Source of the DNA: the human T2T-CHM13v2.0 reference genome, Homo sapiens
Assembly (NCBI RefSeq): GCF_009914755.1
Contig: NC_060935.1
Strand: one strand, 5' to 3'
DNA: 64,000 nt
A program made the translations under genes and the position numbers. Every line of letters begins with the position of its first letter. The stretch's first letter is position 1. Positions 1 to 13,694 of this stretch are shown here, in pieces. Below the pieces are notes generated by a model. That model saw nothing but the letters and a program-made list of their open reading frames with translations. It was not told where the DNA came from and made no database searches.

Positions 1-651
1 ATATAGCAGGGACACTATACTTAGGAGGGCACTGTGCTTGTTGCTGGGTTTCCCAAGTAGAAATAATTTAGAGAAATATGGAAGAGGCCAAACATACCAA
101 TGCAGAAGTTAAGGAATCTAAATTCAAAAGCTGAGGCCAAAAAAATTATATTACACACACACTCAGGAGAGAACAAGGGGCCCAAGTTACCATATGAGAG
201 ATCTAGATCAATATTTGTCACTAGTATCTAAGGGATGCTAATAGCTCTTTTATGAAAAAGGCCACTTCTATGAAGAGTCAAGTAATTGTTAACCTTCCTG
301 GCATAGAAATGGCTTCCAGGAATATTCCTCACACTTACTTTTTCAGCCATGATGACATGAAGATGCAGGAATAGATATCACATCACAGTATGAATGACTT
401 CTACTGGCCCTGGAATTATATGGCAAGGCTTACTGGAAGGAACTGGAAGGTACTCTGTAGAATGTTCTTCTAATCATCAGACATGTAACACTGTAAGCAG
501 GGGAGTCAGTTCTCATTGATGTCTATTCAAAGCCATCATAATATAAAACACCATTTTATACATCATCCTAGAAAAAGGGCTGTTACTATTTTTCTGTCAA
601 GAATAATACTACAAAACTGTCATATGAAGAGGTAGTCAAAGAGTAAGCAGC

Positions 652-670
652 AAAAAAAAAAAAAAAAAAA
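652..670. repeat. Poly(A)19 mononucleotide run
   Basis: 19 consecutive A read directly from the sequence. Confidence 0.95.
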
Positions 671-1265
671 GGCATGAAGAAAGTATTATGGAAGTGGATC
701 AGGCAGTTACTCAGTAAACATAGTGTGTTATTTCTCTGGATTTGGTGATGTTTGGGGTATCTGTCAATTTTTAAAAAATTTTCAATTTATTGTGATTTCT
801 TTTTAAATCTAAATTTATATTGAGTTTTATGCCCAATTTTCTATTTATATATTTTTTTTATTTTTCAAAATGACCCCCCTAACTACATAAGCTTTAGGCC
901 TCCAAAAACCTTGATTTGTAATTGTGAATATATTATCCTAGCTTATAATGACAAATCCTAGACTTTTGTCTTGCTAGATGTGTATGAAAAGGTCTGAACA
1001 CACCCTGAGGAGGGCATTTCTCAAGTGTCTCTGAGGCAGTCTATTCTGTCAGCATCCTCATGGTTCTCACAATTTTTTCCACATTTCCCTGATTGTCTTC
1101 ACTTATTTTAAAAGTCTTTGATTATTGTGGGTACACAGTAGGTGTATATGTTTATGACATACATGAGATATTTTGATACAGGCATACAATGCATGATAAT
1201 TACCTCAGGGTAAATAAGGTATCCATAACCTTAAGCGTTTATCCTCCTTTATGTTACAAACAATC

Positions 1266-1784
1266 TGTTGATCAAAGAAAATAAGAAAATGACGAGACAA
1301 GTCACAATCATTTTCGGAAATTTACTTGCCAAAGTTAAGGATGCACCCAGGAGACATGTCTATGCCTTTCTCTGAAGAAGATTTTGAGGGCTCCAAATTT
1401 AAAGGGGAAAGGGTGGGATATTGAGAACCACACAGTTTTTACAGAAATGAAAGGGGGCAGAGGAAAAATGTGGGGAATCTGCATTTTAAATAAGATAACA
1501 CAGACAAAATAGGGGAATAAGCAGATGTGCGTTTGTGTTTGGTGGGTGGGGTGACTGCACCTGTAAAGATAAGCTGTCAATCTGCATTGCCATGGTGAAG
1601 TTTTAACAGCTCACCAGGAATTTCCTTGTGGGCAAAATATGAGGGAGACATGTAGCCTTTCATCCTGTAACCATCTTTTTTAGGAACCAAAAGGGGGAGG
1701 CAGGTTTGCATGACCCAGTTCCCAGCTTGAATTTTCCCTTTGGCTAAATGAGTTTGGGGTCCCCAAATTTAATTTCCTTTCACA
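1266..1784 (-). mobile_element. ERV1 solo LTR, MER4A1-like
   Basis: TG...CA ends; minus strand starts tgtgaaaggaaattaaatttggggaccccaaactcatttagccaaagg; 4-bp TSD aatc at 1262-1265 and 1785-1788. Confidence 0.85.
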
Positions 1785-1803
1785 AATCCAATTATATTCT
1801 TAG

Positions 1804-4087
1804 TGTATTAGTCCATTCTCACACTGCTATGAAGAAATACCTGAGACTGGGTAATTTATGAAACAGGTTTAATTGATTCACAATTCTGCATTTCTGATGA
1901 GGCCTCAGGAAACTTACAATTATGGGAGAAGGCAAAGGAGAAGCAGGCACCTTCTTCACAGGGTGGCAGGTTGGAATAAGTGCAAGCAGAGGAAATGGCA
2001 GATGCTTATAAAACCATCACATCTTGTGAGAACTCGCTCACTATTATGAGAATGGCATGGGGCAAACAGCCCCTGTGATCCAATTATCTCCACCTGATCC
2101 TACCCTTGACAGATGGGGATTATGGAGATTACAATTAGAGGTGAGATTTGGGTAGGGACACAGAGCCAAACCATATCATCCTGCCCCTGGCATTTCTCAA
2201 ATCTCATGTCTTTTCACATTCCCAAACCAATCATGCCTTCCCAACAGTACCCCAAAATCTTAACTCATTTCAGCATTAACTCAAAAGTCCATAGTCCAAA
2301 GTCTCATCTGAGACAAGGCAAGTCCCTTCCGCCTATGAGCCAGTAAAATCAATAGCAAATCAGTTACTTCCTAGATACAATGGGACTACAGGCATTGGAG
2401 AAATGCTCCCATTCCAAATGGGAGAAATTGGCTCAAACAAAGGGACTACAGGCCCCATGAAAGTCCAAAATCCAATAGAGCAGTCATTAAACCTTAAAGT
2501 TCCAAAATGATCTCCTTTGACTCCATGTCTCACATCCAGGTCAGGTTGATGATGCAAGAAGTGGGCTCTCACGACCTTGGGCAGCTCTGCCTCTATGGCT
2601 TTGCAGGGTATAGTCCACTTCCTAGCTGCTTTCACAGGCTGGTGGTTGTGGCTTTTCCAGGTGCACAGTGGAAGCTGTTGGTGGATCTACCATTCTGGGG
2701 TCTGAAAAATGGTGGCCCTCTTCTCACAGCTCCACTAGGCGGTACCCCAGTGGGGACTCTATGGGGGCTCTGATACCGCATTTCCCTTCCACACTGCCCT
2801 AGCAGAGGTTCTCCCTAAGGGCTCCAGCCCCACAACAAACTTCTGCCTGGACATCCAGGCATTTTTATACATCCTCTGAAATCTAGGCGGAAGTTCCCAA
2901 ACCTCAATTCTTGATCTCTGTGCACCTGCAGTCTGAACACCACATGTAAGCCACCAAGGCGTGGGGCTTGCACCCTCTGAAGCAATGGCCTGAGCTGTAC
3001 CTTGATCCCTTTTAGCCATGGCTGGAGCAATTGGGATGTAGGGCACCAGGTCCCAAGGCTGCACACAGCAGAGGGGCTCTGAGTCTGGCTCACAAAACCA
3101 TTTTTCCCTCCTAGGCCTCCAGGCCTGTGATGAAAGAGCTGCTATGAAGGTCTCTGACATGCCCTGGAGACATTTTTCCTATTGTCTTGGTGATTAACCT
3201 TTGGCTTCTCGTTACTCATGCAAATTTCTTCAGCCAGCTTGAATTTCTCCCCCCAAAATGGGTTTTTCTTTTCTATTGCATCTTCAGGCTGCAAATTTTC
3301 CAAACTTTTATGCTCTGTCATCTTTTGAATGCTTTGCTGCTTAGAAATATCTTACATCAGATACCTTAAATCATTTCTCTCAAGTTCAAAGGTCTACAGA
3401 TCTCTATGGCAGGGGAAAAATGCCACCAGTCTCTTTGCTAAAGCATAGTGAGTGGGACCTTTACTCCAGTTCCCACCAAGTTTCTCATCTCCATTGGAGA
3501 CCAGCTCAGCCTGGACTTCATTGTCCATATCACTATCAGCATTTTGGTCAAGGCCATTCAACAAGACTCTAGGAAGTTCCAAACTTTCCCACAGCTTCCT
3601 GTCTTCTTCTGAGTCTTCCAAACTGTCTTGACCCCTGTCCATTGCCTAGTTCCAAAGTCGCTTCCACATTCTCAGGTATCTTCTAACAATGCCCCACTAC
3701 CTTGGCACCAATGTACTATATTAGTCTATTCTCACTGCTATGAAGAAATACCAGAGACTGGGTAATTTATAAAGAAAAGAGGTTTAATGGACTCACAGTT
3801 CCACATTGCTGGGGAGGTCTCAGGAAACTTACAATCATGGAAGAAGGCAAAGGAGAACCAGGCACCCGTTTCACAGGGTGGCAGGTCAGAGTGAGTGCCA
3901 ACAGGGGAAATGCCAGATGCTTTAAAACCATCAGCTCTTGTGAGAACTCACTCTCACAAGAACAGCATGGGGGAATGGCCCCCATGATCCAATTATGTCC
4001 ACCTGGTCCCACCCTTGACACATGGGGATTATGAGGATTACAATTCAAGGTGAGATTTGGGTGGGGACACAGAACCAAACCATATCA
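1804..4087 (-). mobile_element. Full-length ERVL-MaLR THE1D-like element (LTR 1804-2178, internal 2179-3716, LTR 3717-4087)
   Basis: Two direct ~370-bp LTRs (tgtattagtcc...ccaaaccatatca) flank a ~1.5-kb THE1 internal region; 5-bp TSD cttag at 1799-1803 and 4088-4092; minus-strand ORF fragments (e.g. 3394-3642 ...LEDSEEDRKLWESLELPR...) resemble the decayed MaLR ORF. Confidence 0.93.
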
Positions 4088-4262
4088 CTTAGTTATTTTG
4101 AAATGTACAATAGATTATCTTTGACTATAGTCACCTTGTTGTGCTATCAAATGCTAGATCTTATTCTATCTAATTATATTTTGTACCCATTAATTATCCC
4201 CCACCACACCTCCCCCACTATCCTTCCCAGATTCAGGTAACCATCATTCTACTCTCTATCTC

Positions 4263-4667
4263 TGTGTTAGGCTGTTCTTGCATTGCTATAAAGAAATACC
4301 TGAGACTGGGTAATTTATAAAGGAAAGAGGTTTATTTGGCTCATGGTTCTCCAGGCTATACAGGAAACATGGCACCAACATCTGCTTGGCTTCTGGGGAA
4401 GCCTCAGGGAGCTTTTACTTATGGGGGAAGTTGAAGTGGGAACAGGCATGTCACATGGCAGGAGCACGAACAAGAGAGTGGAAAAGGATGTGGCACACAC
4501 TTAAACAACCAGATCTCATGAGAACTCACTCAATATCACGAGGACAGCACCAAACCATGAGGGATCTGTCACCATGACCCAAACACCTCCCACCGGACCC
4601 CACCTCCAATGTTGGGGGTTACGGTTCACCATGATATTTGATGGGGACATATATTCAAACTATGTCA
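4263..4667 (-). mobile_element. ERVL-MaLR solo LTR, MSTB-like
   Basis: tgtgttaggctgttcttgcattgctataaagaaatacctgagactggg...caaactatgtca; 5-bp TSD atctc at 4258-4262 and 4668-4672. Confidence 0.88.
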
Positions 4668-6194
4668 ATCTCCATTAATTCAATTGTTTCACATTTTAGC
4701 TCCCACAAATAAGTGAGAATATAAAAAGTTTGTCTTTCTGTGCTTGACTTATTTCACTTAAAATAATGACCTCCAGTTCCATCCATGTTGCAAATGACAG
4801 GATCTCATTCATTTTTATTGTTGAATAGTACTAGGTTGTGTACATGTATCAAATTCTCTTTATCCATTTATCTGTTGAAGGACACTTAGGTTGCTTCTAA
4901 ATCTTGACTGTCATGAATAGTACTGTAGTAAACATGAGAGTGCACATATCTCTTCAATATACTGGTTTGCTTTGTTTTGGGTATATACCTAGCAGTGGGA
5001 TTGCTGGATCATATGGTGTTCTATTTTTAGCTTTCTGAGGAAGCTCCAAACTGTTCTTCATGGTGGTTGTGCTAATTTGTATTCACAGCAACAGAATGTA
5101 GGCTTCCTTTTTCCCCACATCCTCACTGGGATTTGTTATTACCTGTCTTCTGACAATTTTTTGTTAGTAAGTCTGGGATGGATTTGGGCTCTGACAAGGC
5201 TCATGATTAAGTAGCTCATCCAATATTTGGTCCTCGGTGCAGTAGAAAAGGATTAATTCAATGTAATTTATCAACAAGGAAATAAATCTGGTTAATTCAA
5301 ATGAGCCTAAGTAAATCTTTCTTGTTCTTAGAGGCAATAACTGAATAAAATAAAATGGAAAAAGATATAAGGACACCCATCCATTAATAAAAGGAGTAGT
5401 CTCGTTTGCATTGGTTACTGATGTGTTTCAGCTGAGTCTAATTTTAATTATCATTTGAAATACATTTACTACAGCAACAAAATAAGAGAGTACACAAGTC
5501 ATCACTCAGCTGCCACTTGCCCTCAGAACATAATGGAGCCATAGTACTTTGGTTCACAGTGAGTAATTTCTCTTTGGGGCTTGGTGAGAACTCAGATTCT
5601 CTTAGTTCAGATATCAATCTTAATTGAATGTACATAATGACAAAACACAGACAACAGAACAAAGAAGAAGGGCAGCTAAATAGCTCTGCTTGAGTGAATT
5701 ATAACTCGACATTTTCTGGAGAGGAGATGCCAGTGAAACAACAATGTTAACATTGTCATGCATCCCAGGATGATGGGAGGTGCTCCACTTCTATTAATGA
5801 CAGGCTCTGGAAGTCATAACTTCACATCAGCATTCTGAGTTCTCCCATGCTGGTGACTGTGCACACAAGGACTGAGCACCAATGAGCCCCACTGTGCTGT
5901 GAACACAATATTAAGGTAGCTGCCTCCGCTACACTTTTGTATTCAAAGCCTATTCAGAGCTTCCATTTAGCCTCCCATACTTATGTCTCTGCTAAACAAC
6001 TCCATTCTTTTGAACCATTTTTATTTTCTTGCTTGTGTTGTATTGGTTATCACAGTGCTTGGCACTGAGTAGGTACTCAAACGTTTGAATCAATGATCAT
6101 GATAATTTATATTAATGATAGCAAATGAATTAAAGCAAATGTTAAATGATAGCAAACGTTATTAAAGAAAACTATGAAAATGATATAACAAGGA

Positions 6195-6355
6195 GCGGCA
6201 ATAGCAGCTACCATATATTAAATGCCAGAACTTTTCAAGTTGTCTTTTTTGAGTCTTCACAGAAACTTTGTAAGGTAGTTGTAATTGCTTCTATTTTACA
6301 GTTCTGAAAAATTAGAATCAAAGAATTTAAGTAATGTATCCAATATTACCCAGGT
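6195..6355 (-). mobile_element. MIR fragment
   Basis: Antisense MIR core (tcttcacagaaactttgtaaggtag...ctattttacag...aagaatttaagtaatgtatccaa). Confidence 0.55.
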
Positions 6356-6944
6356 AAGATTATCTAGATATATCTTATTTTGATGGAGGAGTAGACCTAA
6401 GTACTGCTTATTTCTATATTCATTTTTTGTAGAATGAAATTATGCTTTATATATCATATAAGTAACCACATTTAATACACTATTCGTATGTGTGTGTGTA
6501 TATATATATATGTATATTAATCTATTATCTGTCTCTCTTAACATATGAGCTCAAGAGGGCAGAGATGGTTCTTATTGCATATTTGTATTTCAAAATCCTT
6601 GCAGAATCTACTTAAAAATTCACCAATGGATCTTTGTTCGTTTCCTCTTTGAAAAGTCTCTCTGGGCATTTTATCTGTTGCTTGAGACTAGCAGAATGTG
6701 CAATTGCTTTGATTTAAGCCATATTAGTTCAATTGTATTTAAAGTATTTAATGTCAAGCACTTAAACTGTCCAGTACAGCTCAGAAAGAAATCAAATTAG
6801 AAATGGTAAGGCTCTTGTTTTTAATACAAAAATGGGCATACATTAACTCTGTAATTGGAAAGAAATGGGCTCATTAAATTGGCTACAGCTTTGAAATCGA
6901 CTGTCAGTTCATGTGCCCAATGGTTAAGCTCTTGAAAAGTGTCT

Positions 6945-7400
6945 ATCTTAGAGCAAGTTTCTCTGACAACACAATATGAGTTAAAATCTTAAAGGCAGTG
7001 GGTTTATTTAGGAATAATTCCTAGGAGCAGAAGTGAGGGGGGAAGGAAATGACTGGGGAAGAAGAGAAGCCAATACAATGATCCCAATGCAATGGCCACT
7101 GTAATGAGGGACTGGTTGCTTAATCCTGTGGGGAAAATATTAATATGTCTAATAACCATCAACCTGAGGGAAGAAAGGAGAAACGTTTATCCATCAGCTC
7201 CTCTTCTCTTTGGTCAGGGATGGCTTCGTATGGTGTTAAATCTTCTACACTTCTGGATTATGGATATGTGAGCAAGTTGAGGTAGGAAGAGGGACTCTGG
7301 GTAATCAAAACCTGCAGAAACCTGGTTGTTGGGGCAGTGGTTGGAATGAGAGAGGAAGCCAAGATGGCTTTCAGTGGTTTTCAAGAAGTGTTAGATACAC
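6945..7400. mobile_element. Ancient ERVL-type LTR (LTR16/LTR33-like)
   Basis: gtttatttaggaataattcctaggagcagaagtgagggggg...aagagaagccaataca resembles the old ERVL LTR motif; heavily diverged. Confidence 0.4.
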
Positions 7401-8299
7401 TTGGGTAATTAAAAATGCTTTTATCAAGATAGATTTACACCTAAGAAATAAAGAAAAAAGCAGGATAAAAAGTGTTCTTTTTTTGTCATCACATTAATAT
7501 GAAGGGCAAATCACCACTAGCTTTTAGGGAAGAAGTAATTACAAAAAAGTATTATGAAACAAAAATTTCTGATAATGTCCAGCCTATCCAGAAGACAATA
7601 GTGTGAATCTATTAGCTAAGCTATTCTCTTACCTTCTATATTAAAATAATTTTTGCATATAAAGTTTTTGTCATAATCAGTGAATAATCAGTGATGTTCT
7701 GAGCATAATGCTTTTGTTAATGTTGATATTATTACCTATTCTTGTTTCACCAAGACGAGCCGTTAACTTGGTTTAGGCAACATCTTTACTGTCTTCATTG
7801 AAGTAAAAGTTGACAGATATCTACTGCTTCTTTATGCTTACAATATTAGCTGTTTTCCAGTCTAGTATTTTAACTTAAAAACTAATATTTTAAACCAGTA
7901 CATTAAAATAAAACATGACATACATGTGAGTTCATAGAGTGTAATTTCTGTACATTTGAACAATGCAGTGACATGAAAATTGGGGTTACTTTTGAAGGTC
8001 AGGGTATTACCTTGCATCATGCTATGTGAATGTTAAATTGTTTTTATTTCATGACCTATCAGCCTTCTTGAGCAGCACTGCTTTCTAATATAGGCTAGCG
8101 ATTGAAATAATCTGTCTAGAGCTTTGACTACTGGCTGTGAGATCTCTACAATATCATCTTTGGTAGGAAGCCTGAACTACCATTGTAAGATCTTAAGTAT
8201 GGTTCCCTGGAGGACTGGATGAAGCTTACCACAAAACTGTTATGCTTGGAAATGTTTTCACAGAAGGCAAGGGAAGATAAAAACCAAGAGAAAACAGTA

Positions 8300-8720
8300 A
8301 CAAAAGAAATAGCAACCTCATATGAATGATAGAGAAGATAATTCTGAAAAATGGAAACTTGAAATTTCAGGTCACAAAATATACAATACCATGTAGAAGC
8401 AGTAAAAATACATCAACATCTAGTCACAGTAGTGAAAATTAAAAATGTCAAGGAAAATAAATAATATCAAAAGCTATCAAAGGGGAAGCAAAGATTGCCT
8501 TTAAAGAAACAGAAATTAGACAAAGGATAGATGCTAGATAAGGAAGAATGGATTTGGAAAGAAAATAGGATAATATTGTCCAAGTGCTGTGGGAAATTCA
8601 TTCTTAGCCTGGAATTTTATACCTAGTTAAATTATCACACAGTGAATGAAAGTAAAGGCATTTTTAGGTGTGCAAAGACTAAACCCACAATCTCTCACTT
8701 AAATAACTATTTGAGGATAA
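8300..8720 (+). mobile_element. Ancient L1-related ORF1-region remnant (HAL1/L1M-like)
   Basis: A-rich decayed ORF1-like motifs (ggaattttatacctagttaaattatca; aaaggcatttttaggtgtgcaaagact). Confidence 0.45.
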
Positions 8721-9079
8721 ATTTCACTAAAGAGAGGGAATACGATACGGGGGTAAGCACAGATATGTATAAAACTTAACTATTGACCATAAAAATGTTA
8801 CGTACTTGAGCCTTTTTTTATGTTGAAAGATAGTTATAAAACTCTAAGCAAAAATAGACTAGGAGTGTGAAAGCATGCTATTGTTCTTGTAATATCTGGA
8901 AAGAGGATAGAAATATTGAATAACTTTACCCTTTGTTAAAAACAACTAGAGAATGTAGGTAACATATGTTATAATTGAAAGTCAGTCTTGAGGATAAGGA
9001 TATTGTAGTTAAGCAAACACCAGCATATATTCACTATATATCTGTGTTTTTACTTTGTGACCATAATTAATTTGACAAT

Positions 9080-9199
9080 GTAATTTATCATCCAAATTGG
9101 GACATTTTTGAGAATGACAGGTGGCATAGTGAATAATAAAGCTAGGAAACAGGCATGCATGAACTTGTAATATCCCAAGCACATTAAGCCATATAGTCA
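9080..9199. mobile_element. hAT-Blackjack MITE, MER81-like
   Basis: taatttatcatccaaattgggacatttttgagaatga... matches the recalled MER81 consensus. Confidence 0.6.
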
Positions 9200-9517
<318 letters not shown>

Positions 9518-9647
9518 TCATGCAAATTGATGCCCCCTCCTTCTCCATGCCCCAATCTTTCTGTAACATCTCGTCCTTTTTTTTAAAATGTTAAGTAACT
9601 TTATTAGAAAGACTGACTAGTTCTGTAGATAGACATGTGAATGACAA

Positions 9648-11941
9648 TTTTCTTCAACTTTTATTTTAAGGCCAGGGTATATGTGCAGGTTTGTTATATA
9701 GGTAAACTCATGTTTTGGGGATTTGTTGTACAGATTATTTTATGGCCCAGGTATTAAGCCTAGTACTCATTAGTTATTTTTTTTCCTGATTCTCTCCCTT
9801 CTCCCACTGTCCACCCTCTGTTAGGCCCCAGTGTCTGTGTTCCCTTCTATGTGTCCATGTGTTTTCATCATTTAGCTCCGATTTATAAGTGAGAACATGT
9901 AGTATTTGGCTTTCTGTTCTTGTGTTAGTTTGCTAAAGATAATAGCCTTTAGCTTCAGCCATGTTCCTGCAAAGGACATATCTGTTCCTTTTTATGGCTG
10001 CATAGTATTCCACAGTGTATATGTACCACATTTTCTTTATCCATTCTACCACCAGTGGGCATTTAGATTGATTCCATGCCTTTGATACTGTGAATAGTGC
10101 TGCATTAAACATATGTGTGCATGTGTCTTTATGATAGAATGATTTATATTCCTTTGGGTATATACCCACTTTGGGATTGCTGTGTTGAATGATATTTCTG
10201 TTTTTAGGTCTTTGAGGAATCACCACACTGTTTTCTGCAATGGTTGACCTAATTTACATTTCCACCAACAGTGTATAAGCATTAACTTTTCTCTGCAACC
10301 TCACAAGCATCTGTTATTTTTTGGCTTTTTGATAATAACCATTCAGACTGGTGTGAGATGGTACCTCACTGTGGTTTTGATTTGCATTTCTCTAATGATC
10401 AGTGATGTTGAGGTTTTTTTTGTATGCTTCTTGGCTACATGTTTGCCTTCTTTTGAAAGTGTCTCTTCATTTCTTTGGCCCACTATGAGTTCCTTATACA
10501 TGCTGGATATTAAACTTTTGTCAGATGCCTAGTTTTCAAAACACTTCTCCCATTCTGTAGGTTGTCTCTTTACCCTGTTGATATTTTCTTTTGCTGTGCA
10601 GAAACTCTTTAGTTTAATTAGATCCCATTTGTCATTTTTTGTTTTTGTTGCAGTTGCTTTTGGTGTCTCCATCACGAAATCTTTGTCTGTTCTTATGTCC
10701 AGAATAGTATTGCTTTGGTTGTTTCCCAAGGTTTTTATAGTTTTCAGTTTTACATTTGAGCTTTTAATCCATCTTGAATTAATTTTTGTTTATGGAGTAA
10801 GTAACGGGTCCAGTTTCAATCTTTTGCATATGGCTAGCCAGTCATCCCAGCACCATTTATTGAAAGGGTAGTCCTTTTCCACATTGCTTATTTTTGTCTG
10901 CATTGTCTAAGATCAGATGGTTGTAGGTGTGTGGTCTCATTTCTGAATTCTCTGTTCTGTTCAATTAGTCTATGTATCTGTTTTTGTGCAAGTACCATGC
11001 TGTTTTGGTTTCTGTAGTGCTGTAGTAAAGTTTGCAGTTGGATAGCATGATGCCTCCAGCTTTGTTCTTTTGGTTAGGATTGCCTTGGCTATTTGGGCTC
11101 TTTTTTGTTTCATATGACTTTTAAAATAGATTTTTCTAGTTCTGTGAAGAGTGTCATAGTTTAATAGGAATAGCATTGAATCTGTAAATTGCTTTGGGCA
11201 GTATGGCCATTTTTATGATATTGGTTCTTCTTATTCATGAGCATGGAATATTTTTCTATTTGTTTGTGCCATCTCTAATTTCTTTGACCAGTGTCTTTTA
11301 GTTCTCCTTGTAGAGATCTTTCACCTTCCTGGTTAGCTACATGCCTACGTATTTTATTCTTTTTAGTCAGTTGTGAGTGGGATTGAATTCCTGATTTGGC
11401 TCTTGGCTTGACCATTGTTTGTGTATAGGAATGCTAGTGATTTTTGTACATTGATTTTGTATCCTGAGACTTTGCAGAAGTTGTTTATCAGCTGAAGGAG
11501 CTTTTGGGCTAAGACTATGGGGTTTTCTAGGTATAGGATCCTGTCGTCTGAAAACAGGGATCATTTGACTTCCTCTTTCTATTTAGATGCCCTTTAGTAC
11601 TTTCTCTTGCCTGATTGCCGTGGTCAGGACTTCCAATACTATGTTGAATAGGAGTGGTGAGAGAGGGCATCCTGGTCTTTCTCTGGTTTTCAAGGGGAAT
11701 CCTTCCAGCTTTTGCCCTTTCAGTATGATGTTGGCTGTGGGCCTGGCATAGAGAGCTCTTATTATTTTGAGGTATATTCCTTCAATATCTAGTTTACTAA
11801 GAGTTTTTAACCTGAAGGGGTATTCCATTTTATTGAAGGCCTTTTCTGCATCTGTTGAGATTATCATGTGGTTTTTTTTCTTTAGTTCTGTTTATATGAT
11901 GAATCACATTTATTGATTTGCATATGTTGAAGTAACCTTGC
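9648..11941 (-). mobile_element. L1PA13-16-like, 5'-truncated (~2.3 kb: 3' ORF2 plus 3' UTR)
   Basis: Antisense 3' UTR ttcaacttttattttaag...gtttgttatataggtaaactc; ORF2 remnants [13 protein letters not shown]...[16 protein letters not shown] (11583-11867) and [15 protein letters not shown] (10529-10729). Confidence 0.92.
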
Positions 11942-12517
11942 CACAGTGGTTTTCAAACATTTTCCAGGCAACAGCCTTATATATACAAATGAAAATGTGC
12001 TGTTTTGATGAACATAAGTTGATAAGGACCTCATGACATTTGTGTTCCTCATAGTTTCATTAGCCCCACTTTATCTCTTAATTCAAATAACAACAGAGAA
12101 GAGGATTGAACTGGTCACTGACAAGCAAATTAATTTATTGCTTTTAGTAGGTTCCTTCATGGTCAGTCAGCTTTGGTCAGATTGTGGATAGGGCCAAAGG
12201 CAGGAAAGTGAGGGTCATTAACACAGTTCATTCTCCATTCAGAAGTTGACTTACACATCTACAACCATCTTTCTGTAAAAGACTTAAACTTATTTTCTTT
12301 ATTCCTGGACCTTGGATCTGGTTTACATGATACTAATTCAACTTGGAGTGAAATCTTAAGCTATTTTGCCTACTAAATATAGGGAGTTTGGAATCATTTC
12401 ACACCTGATTTCTCATTTTGAACCATAAAAGTCTAATCACTTTGATTGACAATAGTGCTTGCAAAAGCATACCAGCTACTTGAATAATTTTTTCTTTCTT
12501 TCAGTGTGAGTTTAATA

Positions 12518-12541
12518 ATCATCATCATCATCATCATCATC
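12518..12541. repeat. (ATC)8 trinucleotide microsatellite
   Basis: Read directly. Confidence 0.9.
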
Positions 12542-13694
12542 TTTATAGATAAGGATTTTAAGCCATGTGTTTTTTGTACACTGTTTTCCGCTGCTGCATA
12601 AACTGGGTTAGCCTTTCATCTTCACTTGTCTTTCTTAAGTTTCCCAAGTTTCTATGGTTTAGAGAGGAGAAACATTTCTTTGTGTGAATGCAATAAAGGC
12701 AGAATTCACTTTTATATTCTACCATGTCATCATTACATAATTTAGCTTGGCAAAACCCCCAACATTCCTAAGGACCTCCTGAGCCCAGTTGAGCACATAT
12801 CTGTGATGGATAATGACTATTTTCTCAGTTCAGTTAAAGGTGTTATTATTTCACATTTCTGCTGAAGTGCTTCCCAGGAATGAATGAAGCTTCTTGACTT
12901 TGCCCCTTTTTCTTTGTCTTTAGGCTCCAGTTAGTAGTTGCTGCCTAGGAGATGAAGTGAATTTCACAAGAAAGACATAAGAAGCCAACAACTGGTAATT
13001 GTTATTAATCATTAAGGAGGTGGCAGTAAGGTATAGTTATAACGTGAGACAAAATTAATGTGGATTCATAACATCTTAAATGTATGCACAGTGCAACAAA
13101 TTTTGCTTTTGATTATTCTATAAGTGGTCGTGTGCTCATTCTGGAGAAAATGAAGTGCTCCTTGGAAGGACATGAAGTAGAAATGTTCACCACTTTGTTT
13201 TGGTTGCTGTAAGGAGAGGCATCTTATAACAGACAGATTGTTTATAAATCAAGGTCTAGCATGAAGAAGATAATCAGATATTCTATACTCTGAGGAGGAA
13301 AGAAAGAGAAAGAAGTGCCTGAAGGTACCATTTTTCTTTCTTTGCAAATAACAGAGATACTGGATGGAGGGGCTAATGAAAATAGGGCACCCATCAGGTG
13401 CTGCTCCCTCCCAGGAGGTAAGAGTCAGAGATGATGGGCTGGGCCTGGCCTTTGATCTAGGGGTGGAGGCAAGAGGATCCTTTCTGGGAATTCAGCCCAT
13501 CTCCTAATGACCTTTCAGCTCCAATGCTGCTGTGTTGGATCTAATAACACCTGGAAACTCTCTATCGTCAGAGAAGCTTCTAGGGGCTCTTCTTGCTCCA
13601 GGAGAAGTCCTGCCTGACTGAGCTAGAGCCAAAGGTGAGGGCAAGAGATTCTGCTTGCCTTGAAAGCTAGGAAGCAGCATCTCAAAATACAAAC

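Larger units (their letters stand above)
1100..5152 (-). mobile_element. L1MA (L1MA2/3-like) 3' end, split into pieces ~1100-1265, 1789-1803, 4093-4262 and 4673-5152 by three LTR insertions
   Basis: Antisense L1MA 3' UTR motifs (gtgggtacacagtaggtgtatat...ttttgatacaggcatacaatg; gactatagtcaccttgttgtgctatcaaat; ttagctcccacaaataagtgagaa) join continuously once the LTRs and one copy of each TSD are removed. Confidence 0.88.

Noticed and set aside
2360-3642. Cluster of 80-130 aa ORFs
   Set aside because: Decayed THE1 internal sequence broken by stops and frameshifts
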